Positions 1-13,535 of a stretch of DNA of 64,000 nt are shown piece after piece. The first letter of the stretch is position 1. Each line of letters starts with the position of its first letter. The notes under the pieces are model-generated. The model was given only the letters and a program-made list of their open reading frames with translations. It made no database searches and was not told the DNA's origin. The position numbers were made by a program, and so were the translations under genes. The stretch comes from Octopus bimaculoides (Eukaryota), in NCBI RefSeq assembly GCF_001194135.2, contig NC_068996.1, positions 24,594,541-24,658,540 of the forward strand, read 5' to 3'.

Positions 1-69
1 ACCACTGTACTCGGGACACATCAAGGAACAGCCATAATAAACATAATGGACAACATGAGCAAGAACCAC

Positions 70-83
70 TTAATCCTGACAGG
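70..83 (-). CDS. ARID4B: ARID4 terminal coding exon: (T)CQD-stop; 3'UTR runs off the window start
   Basis: TTTCCTGCAG acceptor at 84-93; phase-1 join gives ACC TGT CAG GAT TAA. Confidence 0.7.
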
Positions 84-257
84 CTGCAGGAAATTTTTTT
101 GCCCCGACTCATTTCTTTAGTATAACTAGTTGAACATGTGCATACCATATTTCTCAAACTGTTATATTTTTCTATTTAATCTGTTTGTTTTTTTTACCTC
201 ACAAAGCGTTTTGTTCTCAAGTACCTGACACACTCTTTATGCGAGTGCATGCATATG

Positions 258-294
<37 letters not shown>

Positions 295-3200
295 ATGTCA
301 TGTAACATCCAAAAAAAATAAGTTAATCCTAATATTATCTGCAGACAGTAAGATAGCTACAAGGTAAAAAATAAACTCACTTTCTCTTTCTTTCCTCTTT
401 GCACGTTTTCTCCGCCTGTCAATAGAGGCTACTTCAGTTTTAAGGTTCATGTACAGTCTCCGTATTTGTTGTATCTTTTCCATCAGGAATGTGATTCGTT
501 TCTCTCCGTCAAGGTCCTGAGCTTCTTCTGCAAAAATAAACCAATAAACTTTAAAATAACCCTGTAAACATATGTGCAGTTAATTCTCATTCAAGCTGCA
601 ATGATTCAGTCATGTGGAATAATTGATCTAAACTGTTTCTAACAGAATAGTTCTAGAACAAATGGTATCTAAGGATGATAAATGGAGCTCAAATATGTGT
701 ATGTATAGAGATACAGAGATGTGTGTGTGTGTATATACACACACGTGTATGAAGATAGATATAGACACATACACATGCACACACATATATAATGTGCATG
801 TATGGTATGTGTTTATATGTATGTCTGTGTGCGTGTGTGTACACACACACCTATATATACAAGTGCACAAACACACACACATATGTATACATGTAAGTGT
901 ATATAGACTAATATATAACACTACTACTGCAGTCAAATTGTATACAATCCCTTTTTTTTTTTTTTACTGTTACCACAATTACCATGCCAGCATCTCCTCC
1001 TTTAGTAGATACATACCATTCTTATAACACCAAACACTGTATAGAATATTTTCCAGAACATTTGAAATTTCTAAAGTATAAATCTTTAGACTGAATATTC
1101 CGTATTACTAAAACACAATTTCACATTGAACAATTATTGAGCAGTAAACCTCTTGCAGGAATAAATACTTACCTAGGTTAAAATTGTATTTAGAAGGTCT
1201 TGGAGGTTTTGACGTGATAGAATTTGGTTTAGGTAATGGTGGGTGTGGAGATAAAATGTGTGGTATTGAAGACACTTCATATTCTGGACTTGAAGTTTCA
1301 GCACCCTTGTCTTCTATGCTATAGTTTTCTTCACATTCTAAATTACAAAGAAAATAAACAGCACTAAATTTGGTATTTTTGTTTGGCATCCTTAATAATT
1401 TTTAAAATTACGCTCTTAACTATTATTGTGTGTTTGTTCAATTCCAATTAAAGTGAATATATAACAGTACATTTAAAGAATATATGTATATTAGTATATT
1501 ATAGGTACATTTAAAGCACAGCATTGCAGGGAACTACATAAAAGTTTGAAGAATTCTAAATTACAATAAAACTTTAAATTGAACCCCATATAGATATGTA
1601 CACCAGTACTAGTTAACTACCCTTAAATTATGTAACACCTAATAATGGATAACTCCATGTCCTACCTGATGGTTTAACTTCTCTCCTCCTCTCTAACGAA
1701 GTTTTGTTAGTTTTATTTGTACGCTTTTTCTTCTTTGTAGGGATATAATCAAGATCATCTCTTTTCCGCTTTGCAGTTGGAGCGACATCGTTGCTACTAT
1801 CTGAACTAGGTATATTTCCACTGCTACTACCACAGCTGTCATTTGATATTGTGCTTGCATTGCACTCGTGTGGAGATTCACTCCCAGGAAGTCTGTCCCT
1901 GTTGATTGTTTCATGATCGTCATCATCCTCAAAATCCCCGTCCTCATCTTCCTCGTGATCAAGATCTCTGCATATACCACCCTGATGTTGAGGCATTACA
2001 TCTTCGGCATCTGATGGTATTAGATCGGTTTCTGGAGAGTAAGGTGGAGTGTTTGATAATACTACCTGTCTTTGGTTTTGTGAACTGGTGATGTCTGAAC
2101 GCGAACAGCTACTTCCGACGTCTATACCATAATCATCTACAATAGAGCGAACTGTTTCCAGAAGACAATGAGCTGAAGCAGAGCCTGGTTTAACTGATGG
2201 TTTCTCAGCAGGTGCAACATCAGGGACAACAGACTGCACATGAACAACTTCTTTTGGAGCCATGCTGTACAAAGATTCAATATGAGCCTCAGACTTGGCA
2301 TTGGCAACAGCTACTGCGGCTGATGCTGCAGCCGCAGCAGCGACAATTGTAGATTCCGTGTCATTTGTACTAGAATATGTCTCTTTGCTCTTTTTGCTTT
2401 CTTTCACCTTACTGAAAGTAGGTTTGTCTATTTTATCACATTTTTGCGATTTACTACTGACAGGTACTGCTACATTCTTCTTCAGGTTATCCTTACTTTC
2501 AAGAACAGAGCTTTCGAAATCATCAGATTCAGCAGCTTTCTTTTTGATCTTCTTTTTAGCTGGTTTCTTCTTCACAATATCGCCAAACTCTTTAGAGACT
2601 TCTTCACCTCGTTTGAACTCTTCTTCAGTTTTTATATCAATGTCTCTCATCACATCACTAACATATACGGGTGGTCCCTGTTGGCAAGGACCATAAAGGT
2701 TATACACGTTGGACTTTAACTTTAAATGATGCAACGTACTTTCATCTGGAACTGGAACAGCTTCTTTGATGTTACTTAAAACAGTTTGTTGTTTTGGTTC
2801 TTTACAGTCTTTCCTCTTTGGCTTTGCCTTTTCTTTCTTATCTGCCTCCTTCACAGGAAGAACACTTTCTACACATGTCAGAGGTGGTTCAAACATCACC
2901 GACTGTGATTGATACATGTATGGGCCCATTATTCTAGGCAACATCTGCAGCTGCTGCTGCTGCTGCTGCTGTTGTTGTGGATGTTGCTGTTGTGAATGCT
3001 GTTGTTGCTGTGGTGGCGGTGGTGGCGGTGGCGGTGGAGGTGGTGGAGGTGGAACTGGTGACTGTTGTTGGTGTTGTTGCTGCTGCTGCTGCTGTTGTTG
3101 TNNNNNNNNNNNNNNNNNNNNNNNNNNNNNNNNNNNNNNNNNNNNNNNNNNNNNNNNNNNNNNNNNNNNNNNNNNNNNNNNNNNNNNNNNNNNNNNNNNN

Positions 3201-3366
3201 NNNNNNNNNNNNNNNNNNNNNNNNNNNNNNNNNNNNNNNNNNNNNNNNNNNNNNNNNNNNNNNNNNNNNNNNNNNNNNNNNNNNNGATGAGGCTGTAGTT
3301 GCTGCTGCTGCTGCTGCTGATGCAACTGATGTTGTTGCTGATGTTGCTGCTGCTGCTGCTGTTGTT

Positions 3367-3397
<31 letters not shown>

Positions 3398-6300
3398 TTG
3401 TTGTTGCTGCTGCTGCTGCTGTTGTTGTACATGAACTTCACTTTCTTCAGAATCATCAAAAATCTTCTCATCACATTCTAAATTAAGGACATCATCGGTA
3501 TCATAAGACTCAAGAACACGCTCCTTTCTCGCCTCAAAATATTCAGCTTGTTCCTTTAAATTATTGCTGTCCTCTTTTAGCATTTTGGAAGTCGAATTTT
3601 GGGCTTTTACTATTTCATGACAAGTCACAGTTAAATTTTTAAAATTAGCACTTCCATCTGTAACAGTTAAGACCCTTTCTTCTTTCACTTCAGGAACTCT
3701 ATCCTTAGGCTCTGAAGCAAGTGGAACAGAGTTTATTTGTGGTTCTTCTGGCTGAGAATGAGACACGTTCTTTTCTGCTTGATCACAGCTCACAATTTTT
3801 TTGCTTTCAGCCACAGAATTCCTTTCAATATCATCCATCTTTTTCAGCATCTCTTTAACAGCTTCTTCCTTTGATGTATCAATAATAACTTTGTTTTCTT
3901 CTTCTGCATCTTCATTTTTATATTCTCCATCACTTTCTCCACTATCGTCACTTTCTGCTAGATAAAAATAAAAGAACGGTATTGATTTATTTAAATAACA
4001 ACAATAACAATAATCATAATAACAACAACGATGGTTTCAAATTTTGGCACAAGTCCAGCAATTTTGGAGGGATGGGACAGTTTGATTACATCAACCCCAG
4101 TGATCAGCTGATACTAATTTTACTGACCCACAAGATGATGAAAGCCAAAGTCAACCTCTGTGAAATTTAAACTCAGAATGTAAAGATGGACAAAATATTG
4201 CTAAGCAATTTGCTTGGTATGCTAATGATTCTGCCAACTCACGACCTTAACAATAATAATAATCCTTTCTACTAAGAACACAAGGCCTGGATTTGGTGGG
4301 AGGAGACTAATCAATTACATCACCCCAGTGTTCAATTGGTACTTATTTCTATTGACCCCAAAAGGATGAAAGGCAAAGAATGTAAGGATGAACAAAATGG
4401 CATTAAGCATTTTGCCTGGTGTAATAACAAGTCTGCCAGCACACTACCTTAACAACAACAAAAACAACTCTTTCTACACACAACAGACACTTAAATTTTG
4501 AAAGAAGGGCTACTTAATTACATCAATCCCAGTACTTGACTGGTACTTATTTTAACCCTGAAAGTTAACTTTGGCTGAATTTGAACTAAAGAACACAAAG
4601 CTATAGGAAATGACACTCACAATTTTGTCTGGCATGCTAACAACTTTGCCAGCTCACCACTTTATTATATTATTGTTGTTGTTGTTAATAATAATAATAA
4701 ACATGATTTCACTTATTTGCCACAAAAGGTAACAGATGTGTGAATATAATATTGTCAAATTACAAAACTAGAAAGAGCTTACACAATATCTATTAGAAAA
4801 AGACTGGCATAGTAAAAAAAAAAACAGAATAACAAATGTATGAAAAGAGGCCCCAATACAGGAACAGCTATCTTGGCCAAATCAAGGAATCCTACAGATC
4901 CAAGATTACCTTGTCTACCAAGAACAAGTGCCTTCTTCCATTTGTGTTCTCTAGTTTACAGGCATATGCTCAAAATAAATGAAACTATGCCCACCACTCT
5001 CACCCACCTTTCAATAAATTTAACCCTTTACCATTTAAACCAGCCATATACAGCCAAAATATTCTACCTGCCCTATGTTCAAACTGGCCAGATCTGGCTT
5101 CTCATACCTACCATACAATGTCATTCTGAAAATAATCTATCACATTATTAAAATCTCTATGCTACAAAACAATTTATGTTTAGTTCAGAACAATGTGAAC
5201 AAATAAGCATTACATTTGACAAAGTAATCTGAATACTGAATGGTTAATGGAAGGCAACGAGCCGTCCACTCTCACCAATCTCTCAAAGTGAAACTTGAAG
5301 AAGCTGATGAAGGCTTGACCAAAAACATGTCTGTTCTCAGTTCTTTCAAAAACTATATATACTTTCTAGTCAGAAGAAAGTGATGTAGCAATTCTCTCAA
5401 TGAACTCAACTGATTGTTAGAGTTACTGTACACATAACAGTTATTCAATGTTAATCCAGAAGTCAGTAATGCTCAGACACTGAATGCATACAGAATGGTT
5501 TTGTTGTCTTGCACACATCTTAGAAAAGGTTAGCTGATGGTGCTATGCTTGTAAAGTTATCTCAAGCTAGCAATGTCCCCTTCCTTCCTTAATAGCAATG
5601 CAAGGCAAAGGATTTCTGGAATAATGTAAATGAATGTTAACATTTCACTTGTCGTTGTTTTAAAGAAACTGTGATGTTAACATTTCTTGTTGACAATATA
5701 AATGTTCATTTGATGCTTTTCAGCACCAGTGGAACAGGAAAATCTCCTGTCTGAAAAACAGGTGAGGGTTGGGAACAGGAAGAGCATCCAACTAGAAAAT
5801 CCTACCTGAAAATCAATTCCCATCCAAGCTATGCTAACATGGTAAAATGAGCATTAAACAAATGAATTCTTAAAACAAGAGGGGAAAAAGAAACTAACAA
5901 CAAAATACTGCACATATACAATGGTACAGAAGAGCTGCACTTTGTTATGCAGTAAAAGCTTTTAACTAAAATATGTCTTCAGAAATGAGGAGGATGATAT
6001 CTAATTTTGTTGGCACAAGAGATGTAACTAAGAAACACAAGATATATTATTTGTCCAGTGCTCTACAAGTTCTGCCATCTACGATTAGTAATAATAAAAA
6101 TGAGAAAGTGTCTGTTAGTACCTTATCAAAATTGGAGGCAATTCTACACAGGAGCTCCACAATAGCTTCATGGGTTACATCTAAGTCATTTAACTGAATA
6201 CCCATTAAACATAGGTTTTCTCAGTCAAACTTGATCTGGTATTACACAACAACACAAGCAAATCATACTAAAGCAGATATCATTGTTATCCAATATTGCC

Positions 6301-9300
6301 AACACCGTTATGCATCATAAATGTATATGAAACATTAATATCCAACACTAAAACACACACACACACACTTGTAATACAAAGATGGAAGTGTAAATTGATG
6401 TTTCTAACCTGGAGATTGAACATCAGAAGATTCTGCTAATCCAGAGCTCCTCCGTGGTCGGCGTTTTGCTATTAAGAAGAATAAGTGCCACATATCTAGA
6501 GTAACAATAACAACAATGATGACAACTTTTAAAAATTACTTTCTTTTGACTAGAAAGAGATAAAGTCAATATAGCACTGACTGACGGTATGTCTATTTAA
6601 CTTCACCATGAATATGCAAGAAGACTGGTAAATTGTATGCCAGTAATGTATTTAAATGACAGCATGGGTTTAAACTCATAACTGTGATACACCATGCTAA
6701 ATATTATAATAGATCAGCTTTATCTCTCTCACTAAAATCTGTAACATCATCACAATAAAATAATGACCTCTTGATTAGTCAGTAGTAATAAGGAAAGTAA
6801 CCTTAAGAATTTAACCCAGAGAAAAATAACAAAATGCTGTTTGTTCCATAAATCTATAGTGTGTGTGTGTGGGGGGGGGGTTAAGTGGAAGTCATGCCTT
6901 TTCTAAGACTAATAACAATATAAGTGAAATTAAATGGTTTGAGTTAGGGATCAAAAGTAAATGAAATTGACTTTATTTATTCTGTAGAGTTCACTAACCA
7001 CAGACAAAAACAAAATATGAAAATCCAAACAGCAGTCAATCAATTATTTAACAGAAATAGTAGGAAGTTGATTAATGCATTTGACTAATATTTGAACCTT
7101 TTTGATACTAACTGAGACCAACCCTGGTTCTGTGATGAGATCAAAATTAAAACCTTCCATTGAAATTAAAACCTTTCATGAAAATTTTTACATTCATTTT
7201 TGTTCCAAACACCTACTTAGTAATGACAAAGTTATTTTACTAAATTCTTCATTATTCTTTTTATTCTTTTACTTATTTCAGTCATTTGACTGCGGCCATG
7301 CTGGAGCACTGCCTTAAAGGGTCTTTTAGTCGAAGAAATTGACCCCAGGGCTCATTCTTTGAAAGCCTAGTGCTTATTCTATCAGTCTCTTTTGCCAAAC
7401 TGATAAATTACGGGGGACATAAACAAACCAGCATCAGTTGTCAAGTGATGTTGGGGGGACAAACACAGACACACACACATACACAATATACATATATACA
7501 TACACAGCTTTTTTTCAGTTTCTGTCTTCAAAATCCACTCACAAGGCTTTGGTTGGCCTGAGGCTATAATAGAACACACTTGCCCAAGTGGGACTGAATA
7601 TAATAGAACACACTTGCCCAAGTGGGACTGAAACCAGAACCATATGGTTAGGAAGCAAGCTTACAGCCACACCTGTGCTTATGTTCAAAATTAATTGAAA
7701 CATACACAGTGAATCGAATCTCAATAGAAATTTGGTAACGAAAGGGTTGTCTCATAAGACAAATTATTAAAAAAAAACTTTTTAATCAAAGTTTATCATA
7801 CTTTTCCTTTTCTAATTTTTTTATCCTTTTCTCTCAAAGCTGGCACAAGAACTGTTTGCAAAACAGAAAACAAAATACTAATATTTGTAAATTGTTGTTC
7901 CATAACAGTTGTTGCCTCTCATTTGCCTCTGACTAATCGCATATATAAATGAAGTACTCTTAAAAATGTGCCTATATGGTAGTCTGATTTTCAAGATATA
8001 GAACTTAAAAATAAGAAAGATGAAATTATTCTACTTACGAGGAAGTCCTTCTAAGACAGGAAATTCCATGCTATTTGATCGTGTAGGCCGCACTTTGGCC
8101 TGGTTGTCTTTTATGGCGCGAGGTGAAGAGCCTGACAATGGAGGCGTTGAGTTGACTGCTGCTGGTGTGGTTGGCATAGGCGTCACAGGTACAGAAGATA
8201 CCTGGGTTGGTGGAGCAGTCAGTAGTTTTGTTGGCACTGGCTGTGTGATCGGTGATGATGGGGGTGGTGAAGGCGGAGGAGGAGGGGGTGGAGGTGNNNN
8301 NNNNNNNNNNNNNNNNNNNNNNNNNNNNNNNNNNNNNNNNNNTAATGTGGTGGTGCTGGAGGTGGTTGAAGTGGTGGCTGCAGTCGTGGTGGTGGCAGAA
8401 GTTGTGGTGGTCGTGGCGGTCGTAGTGGCAGCGGCTGCAGCAGTGGCAGTGATGGTAGTGGTGGTGGTTGTGGTGGTCGTGATTGCAACAGTGGCAGCTG
8501 TGGTGCAAGATGTTAATAACGGCGACGACGATGACGATGATGAGGATAAGGAGGATGAAGATGTTGATAATAGTGATGACGAAGAAGACGACGATAATGT
8601 TGTTGCAGATGATGGTAGTACAGTAACTGATAATGCAGAGGATAATGCTGTTGTAGCAGGTGATGATGAAGTTGACGAAGTTGTTGACGTTGAAATAGTT
8701 GGCGTCCTGCCTTTAACAGGTCGGTTTTCTTCTTTCCCACAGCTGGTTGCTTGTTGAGAACGATTCTGATTCTGGACACGCTTCTTGGTTGCTCCAGGTC
8801 CCTGAAAAAACAATGAGGAAATATATAAATATATACATTCACAGAGGTTAATTCAGTCAGCATCTTTTCAATTCGATAATGCTGTGTATAAAAGTTACAT
8901 ATCTCTGTCAATTTGAAAATAAGTCTTGATTATGATTATCACATTATCCGGGTACAGGACGTCAAAAAATGTGGACAAAAAAGGAACGAGAACATAAACA
9001 AAGCACAAAAAAACGGACTTTTTTTTACGGACAACAGAATGAACTCATAGGGAAACAGACAAGCCACTTATGGAACTTTTCCTTCATCAGTTGCCTCTAT
9101 TCTAAACTAGGCATTTCGAAGATGAGGCAGAACACGCTCTTAGAATAGCTCTTCATAAATGTAAAAAGGTAAAGAGAGAGAGGATAATTGCTACACCAAA
9201 AAATGTTCTGGTCTGATAATACCTTCTACAGGTATAATTAAACCAAGCGAAAAAGGATCTTCTACATTTGCAAATAGAGAAAAGAGGGTGTTCAGGAACT

Positions 9301-12300
9301 GGAATTTGTATGCATGTTTTCATTCTGTCATTCAGCATCTATGGATTTGAACAGGAGTTATTTGACTCAGGGTTTAACAACAAAATGTTCTTCCTGTTGC
9401 CAACTCACACTTGTATTTTTTTTTTTTAAGTAGGGAATTTCCTTATTCTACAGATTTTTGAAAACATAGAATGAGAATGACCAGTGCTGATGTTCATATT
9501 CAACAAAGAATCTCAACAACAGCACCAGTTCACTCAAGCAGAGCTAAGTGCAGAATATATGCATGCATGCATGCATGTATTGCATTACATTATATTGCAT
9601 TACATTACAAAAACTCAAAAAGTTCAAATAATGACATTTTTTTCTCCCGTTTTTATTGATTTTATTTTATATAATTCAATCAAGATTTCATTTATCTAAA
9701 AATATTACAACCTAGTCATTTTAAGTAATTAGTTTTATAAAATTTCCTTAACAAAATTGAATGAAAGGAAAGCTATGTCCAAAAAATTTACCTTTGGAGA
9801 TCTTGGTGAATGACTCTTCGCTTTCTTTTTTGTTCCCAATTCAGGCTTACCAAGAACTTTAACAATTCTTTCAGGCCTGACCCATTCATCATACCTAATG
9901 AAAAATAATTGAAAGATAAAAGAAAAACATCAGATATTAAATTTCACAAATACTTAAAGAATACATCCTTCAACTTTTATCCAATGTAATATATTATTAT
10001 CACATTATCAATAACTTCTGTGCTGGGGTGTATATCACCATTACAGGTTAATCATAGAGGAACAACATCAACCATATTTCAAATAACATTCACCTTGCTT
10101 GCATTTGACAGAGTTCCCCATTGAAACTTATATAGGAATAATAGACCAGACAGCAGATAAAACATATGTCCAAACAGCCCAATGCACATCATCATCTAAG
10201 CATTCATTACTGAAGTTCACTAAGCAAAAGAGTTGCTACCAGCTGCTTCGGCCACTGGTTTCTTCCTGAGGCAAATTTAAAAGCTTCATTAAACCTAATT
10301 AATATCATTAATTTATGAAATGCATCTTGTTTCACAAAGCTCCTCAGTAGCTTTATGATTGTGAGTCAAAACGGTAGCCAGTGGTATGTATGGTCTTCTT
10401 TACTTTAATTCTTTTATCATCTCTCTTGAAATACATTTCATTTGTCTCCAATTAAATTTGAAAATAAGGAATTTACAAAAATAACCTTGTCATTTTTAAG
10501 CTGGAGTTTGGAATATAAATTAACATGAAATTTTAATGAAAAGTTTAAATTTAGATCACTTTAAAACAAGAAGTTTGTTTTATAGAACCAGGGCTAGTTT
10601 TAGGCATTGGTATTAAAAGGGTTAATATAGATTATACTATGAACCACTACTTGCTGTATGTATTGTATAGTTGACCACTAAGCTGGGGCATAATGTATCT
10701 GGAGTATTGAATCTGTGGGGTCTAACCCAGTTGTTTGAACAAGTACCTACACATAACATAGGTTTTCCCAATTAGAGCAGACCTCAAGTTACACAACAAC
10801 AACAACAACAAAAGCAACAATAACGCCTTATTTACCTAGTGTTCCACCCTGCATAATGCACTAAATATTGTTCATGCCCACCCTCAGCACCAAATTCAAC
10901 AACCTGGAAAAGCAAAATAAAATATAATGCAAGAGATGAACAACAGGGAGTAAATTTTATTATTTTAAATTTTAAAATGACAGTGTAAATTAAAAAATGC
11001 AGATAATTAGCCAGATTTCAAATGTATTTAAAAAATAAGTGGAAAATCAGACATTTGTATTTGTTTTAACCTTTTAGCATTCAGATGATGCTGTTCAATT
11101 ATATGATTGTTTATTTTTAGAATGACATTGTAGGGTAGGTGTGAGAGGCCAGATCTGACCAGTTTGAACATAAAACAAGCAGAATATTTTGACCGGATAA
11201 AGCCAGTTTAAATGCTAAAGTGTAAATCTTTCTAAAATGGACCTAACTAGCTGTTACATGAATACCAAGATTAGTAACTGACATTTTATAGAGTAATTAT
11301 TAAACTTAAATATATATGTCTTTTTATATATGCATTATCAAGAAGTTTTAAAGAACAGATTACAAACTTTTGCCTCATATATTTTCTGATTCCTCCCTCT
11401 TCCATACTTGACTCTGAGTTTAGTTCCTGTAGGATATTCACCAGAACCACCTAATCCAACAGTTTTTCCTTCTTCTTCCTCTTCTTCATCTTCCTCATCA
11501 TCATCATCATCCTCACTATCAGCAGGTTCCTCATTTCTGTGAAGAGAAGAAAAGCAAATGAAAAATAAAGGGATTTTTTTTTTCCATTAAAAAAAAAAAA
11601 ATCACTTTCATTGATTCATAAAAATGTTGTTGATTTTCTCCATTTATAATAATTATCACAATGTTTTATGGTTTAGCTCCAGAAGCTTTAATGTCAAGTA
11701 GAACTATGACCAAGGGTATTCCAACCATAAGTGATACCATCCATAATTTTAAAAGTATCTAGAATTTTGAATAGTGAAATGCAGAGCAATATGATAGATT
11801 TAAAGGTTACAGACAGACGAGAAGTAAACAGTACAGACTGTCAAACCTCTAGTAATATGGCGGTGAGATATTCTTTTTAAAGCTTTGTCAAAATGGAACT
11901 ATGTCCTTTATCATGGACTCTGGGACTACTTGAAAGAAAGAGTATCTACTTGAAAGAAAGAGTACAGCAGTACTAATATGAACAAGGAAGAAAGTTATCC
12001 TTGACCATTTTGTTAGCATATTTCTATTGAAATACACTGCCTTTGTTTCAATTGATTATGAAAATAATGAAGAATTTAGTAAAATAATATTGTCATTGTT
12101 AAGCTGATGTTTGGAACATAAATTAACACTAAATTTTCATAGGAAGTTTTAACTGAAATCACTTTAAAGCAAGAAATTTCTATCATAAAACCAAAGTTGG
12201 TCTCAGGTGGGTCATTATCAAAAGTGTTAAACCAAATACTCAGCCTCAAATGCTTACAGAATAAAAGAGGAATGTCTGATAAAAACAACCGAGAACCAGA

Positions 12301-13502
12301 TGTTAAACCAAAGTGACAGATTAAGTCTACCACTCAAGATATTATGAAAACCACTGAATTAAACAAAAGTCCCTCATCATCATCGTTTAACGTCCGCTTT
12401 CCTTGCTAGCATGGGTTGGATGATTTGACTGAGGACTGGTGAAACCAGATGGCTACACCAAGCTCCAATCTGATTTGGCAGAGTTTCTACAGTTGGATGC
12501 CCTTCCTAACGCCAACCACTCAGAGAGTGTAGTGGGTGCTTTTACGTGCCACCGGCACGAAGGCCAGTCAGGAAGTACTGGCAACGGCCACGCTCAAAAT
12601 GGTGTATTTTACATGCCATCCACACAGGAGCCAGTCCAGCGGCACTGGCAACGAACTTGCTCGAATGTCTTTTCACTTGCCACTGGCACAAGTGCCAGGA
12701 AAGCGACATTGGTAACGGTCATGCCCAAATGCTGCTATTTATGTGCCACTGGCACGAAAGCCAGACAGCTGTTGCTCTGGCAACGATCACGCTCAGACAG
12801 TGCTCTTAGTGATTTACTGGTACTGGTGCCATAAGTGTAAAAAAGATAATAGTTCCTCATAGCATAGAAGAGAGAAAAGAATAAGCTAAATAAAATCTTG
12901 TTGATATGAGGCCAACAGATTGCAAATAATCTCTTTCTATGAATGCATATATTCAGGCTAAATCACACAACTGTATGTATACGCTCACACAAGTACATGT
13001 ATGTGAATGCATCTATACATGTGCATGCATACACATGTAAATATATTTATATTTACCTCTTAGAATCACCCTCTTCATCGACTTCAGCTTTAACTTTTGC
13101 TTCTTTCTTATCTTCCCGACTTTCTTTATTTTTATCTTCCTTGTTCTTTTTCTCTTTTGTACTTTTCTCCTCTTTTGCAGATTTTGTCTCTTTGCTTCCC
13201 TTTTCATCTTTTATAAACATATCAAATTTGGATTTCATTGACTCTGGTGTATTTTTAACATCGGTTTCTTTTTTAACATCATCTCCTCTAGTTGACCGTT
13301 TTCTAACCTGTAAATTACCAATAACATGGATTTTTATACATGTTTATTTACATATATATATATATATTAGTTGAAAATATGTGAAGAAAAATGCCTTTGT
13401 TTCGCATAGTTTAATATTTTTTTATATAAATATATACATATTATATGGATGTTGTAAAATCCAACCAGTTTTCGCTATTTAAGTTAGCTTTTCAAGGAGT
13501 AT

Positions 13503-13535
<33 letters not shown>

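Noticed and set aside
628-1027. ORFs rich in CV/HT/YI (also 16244-16477, 50230-50739, 63263-63469)
   Set aside because: Translations of (TG)n and (TA)n microsatellites and SINEs
1323-1340. Third LxCxE motif (LECEE) in the ORF track
   Set aside because: The leucine codon is intronic; the spliced sequence reads SECEE
2295-3486. Plus-strand ORFs rich in C, V, L and A (also 8020-8757, 12943-13374, 15698-16089)
   Set aside because: Antisense shadows of low-complexity ARID4 exons
12439-12834. Recurrent peptide MKPDG...[20 protein letters not shown] in several ORFs
   Set aside because: Antisense reading of the RTE 3'UTR repeat, not a gene family
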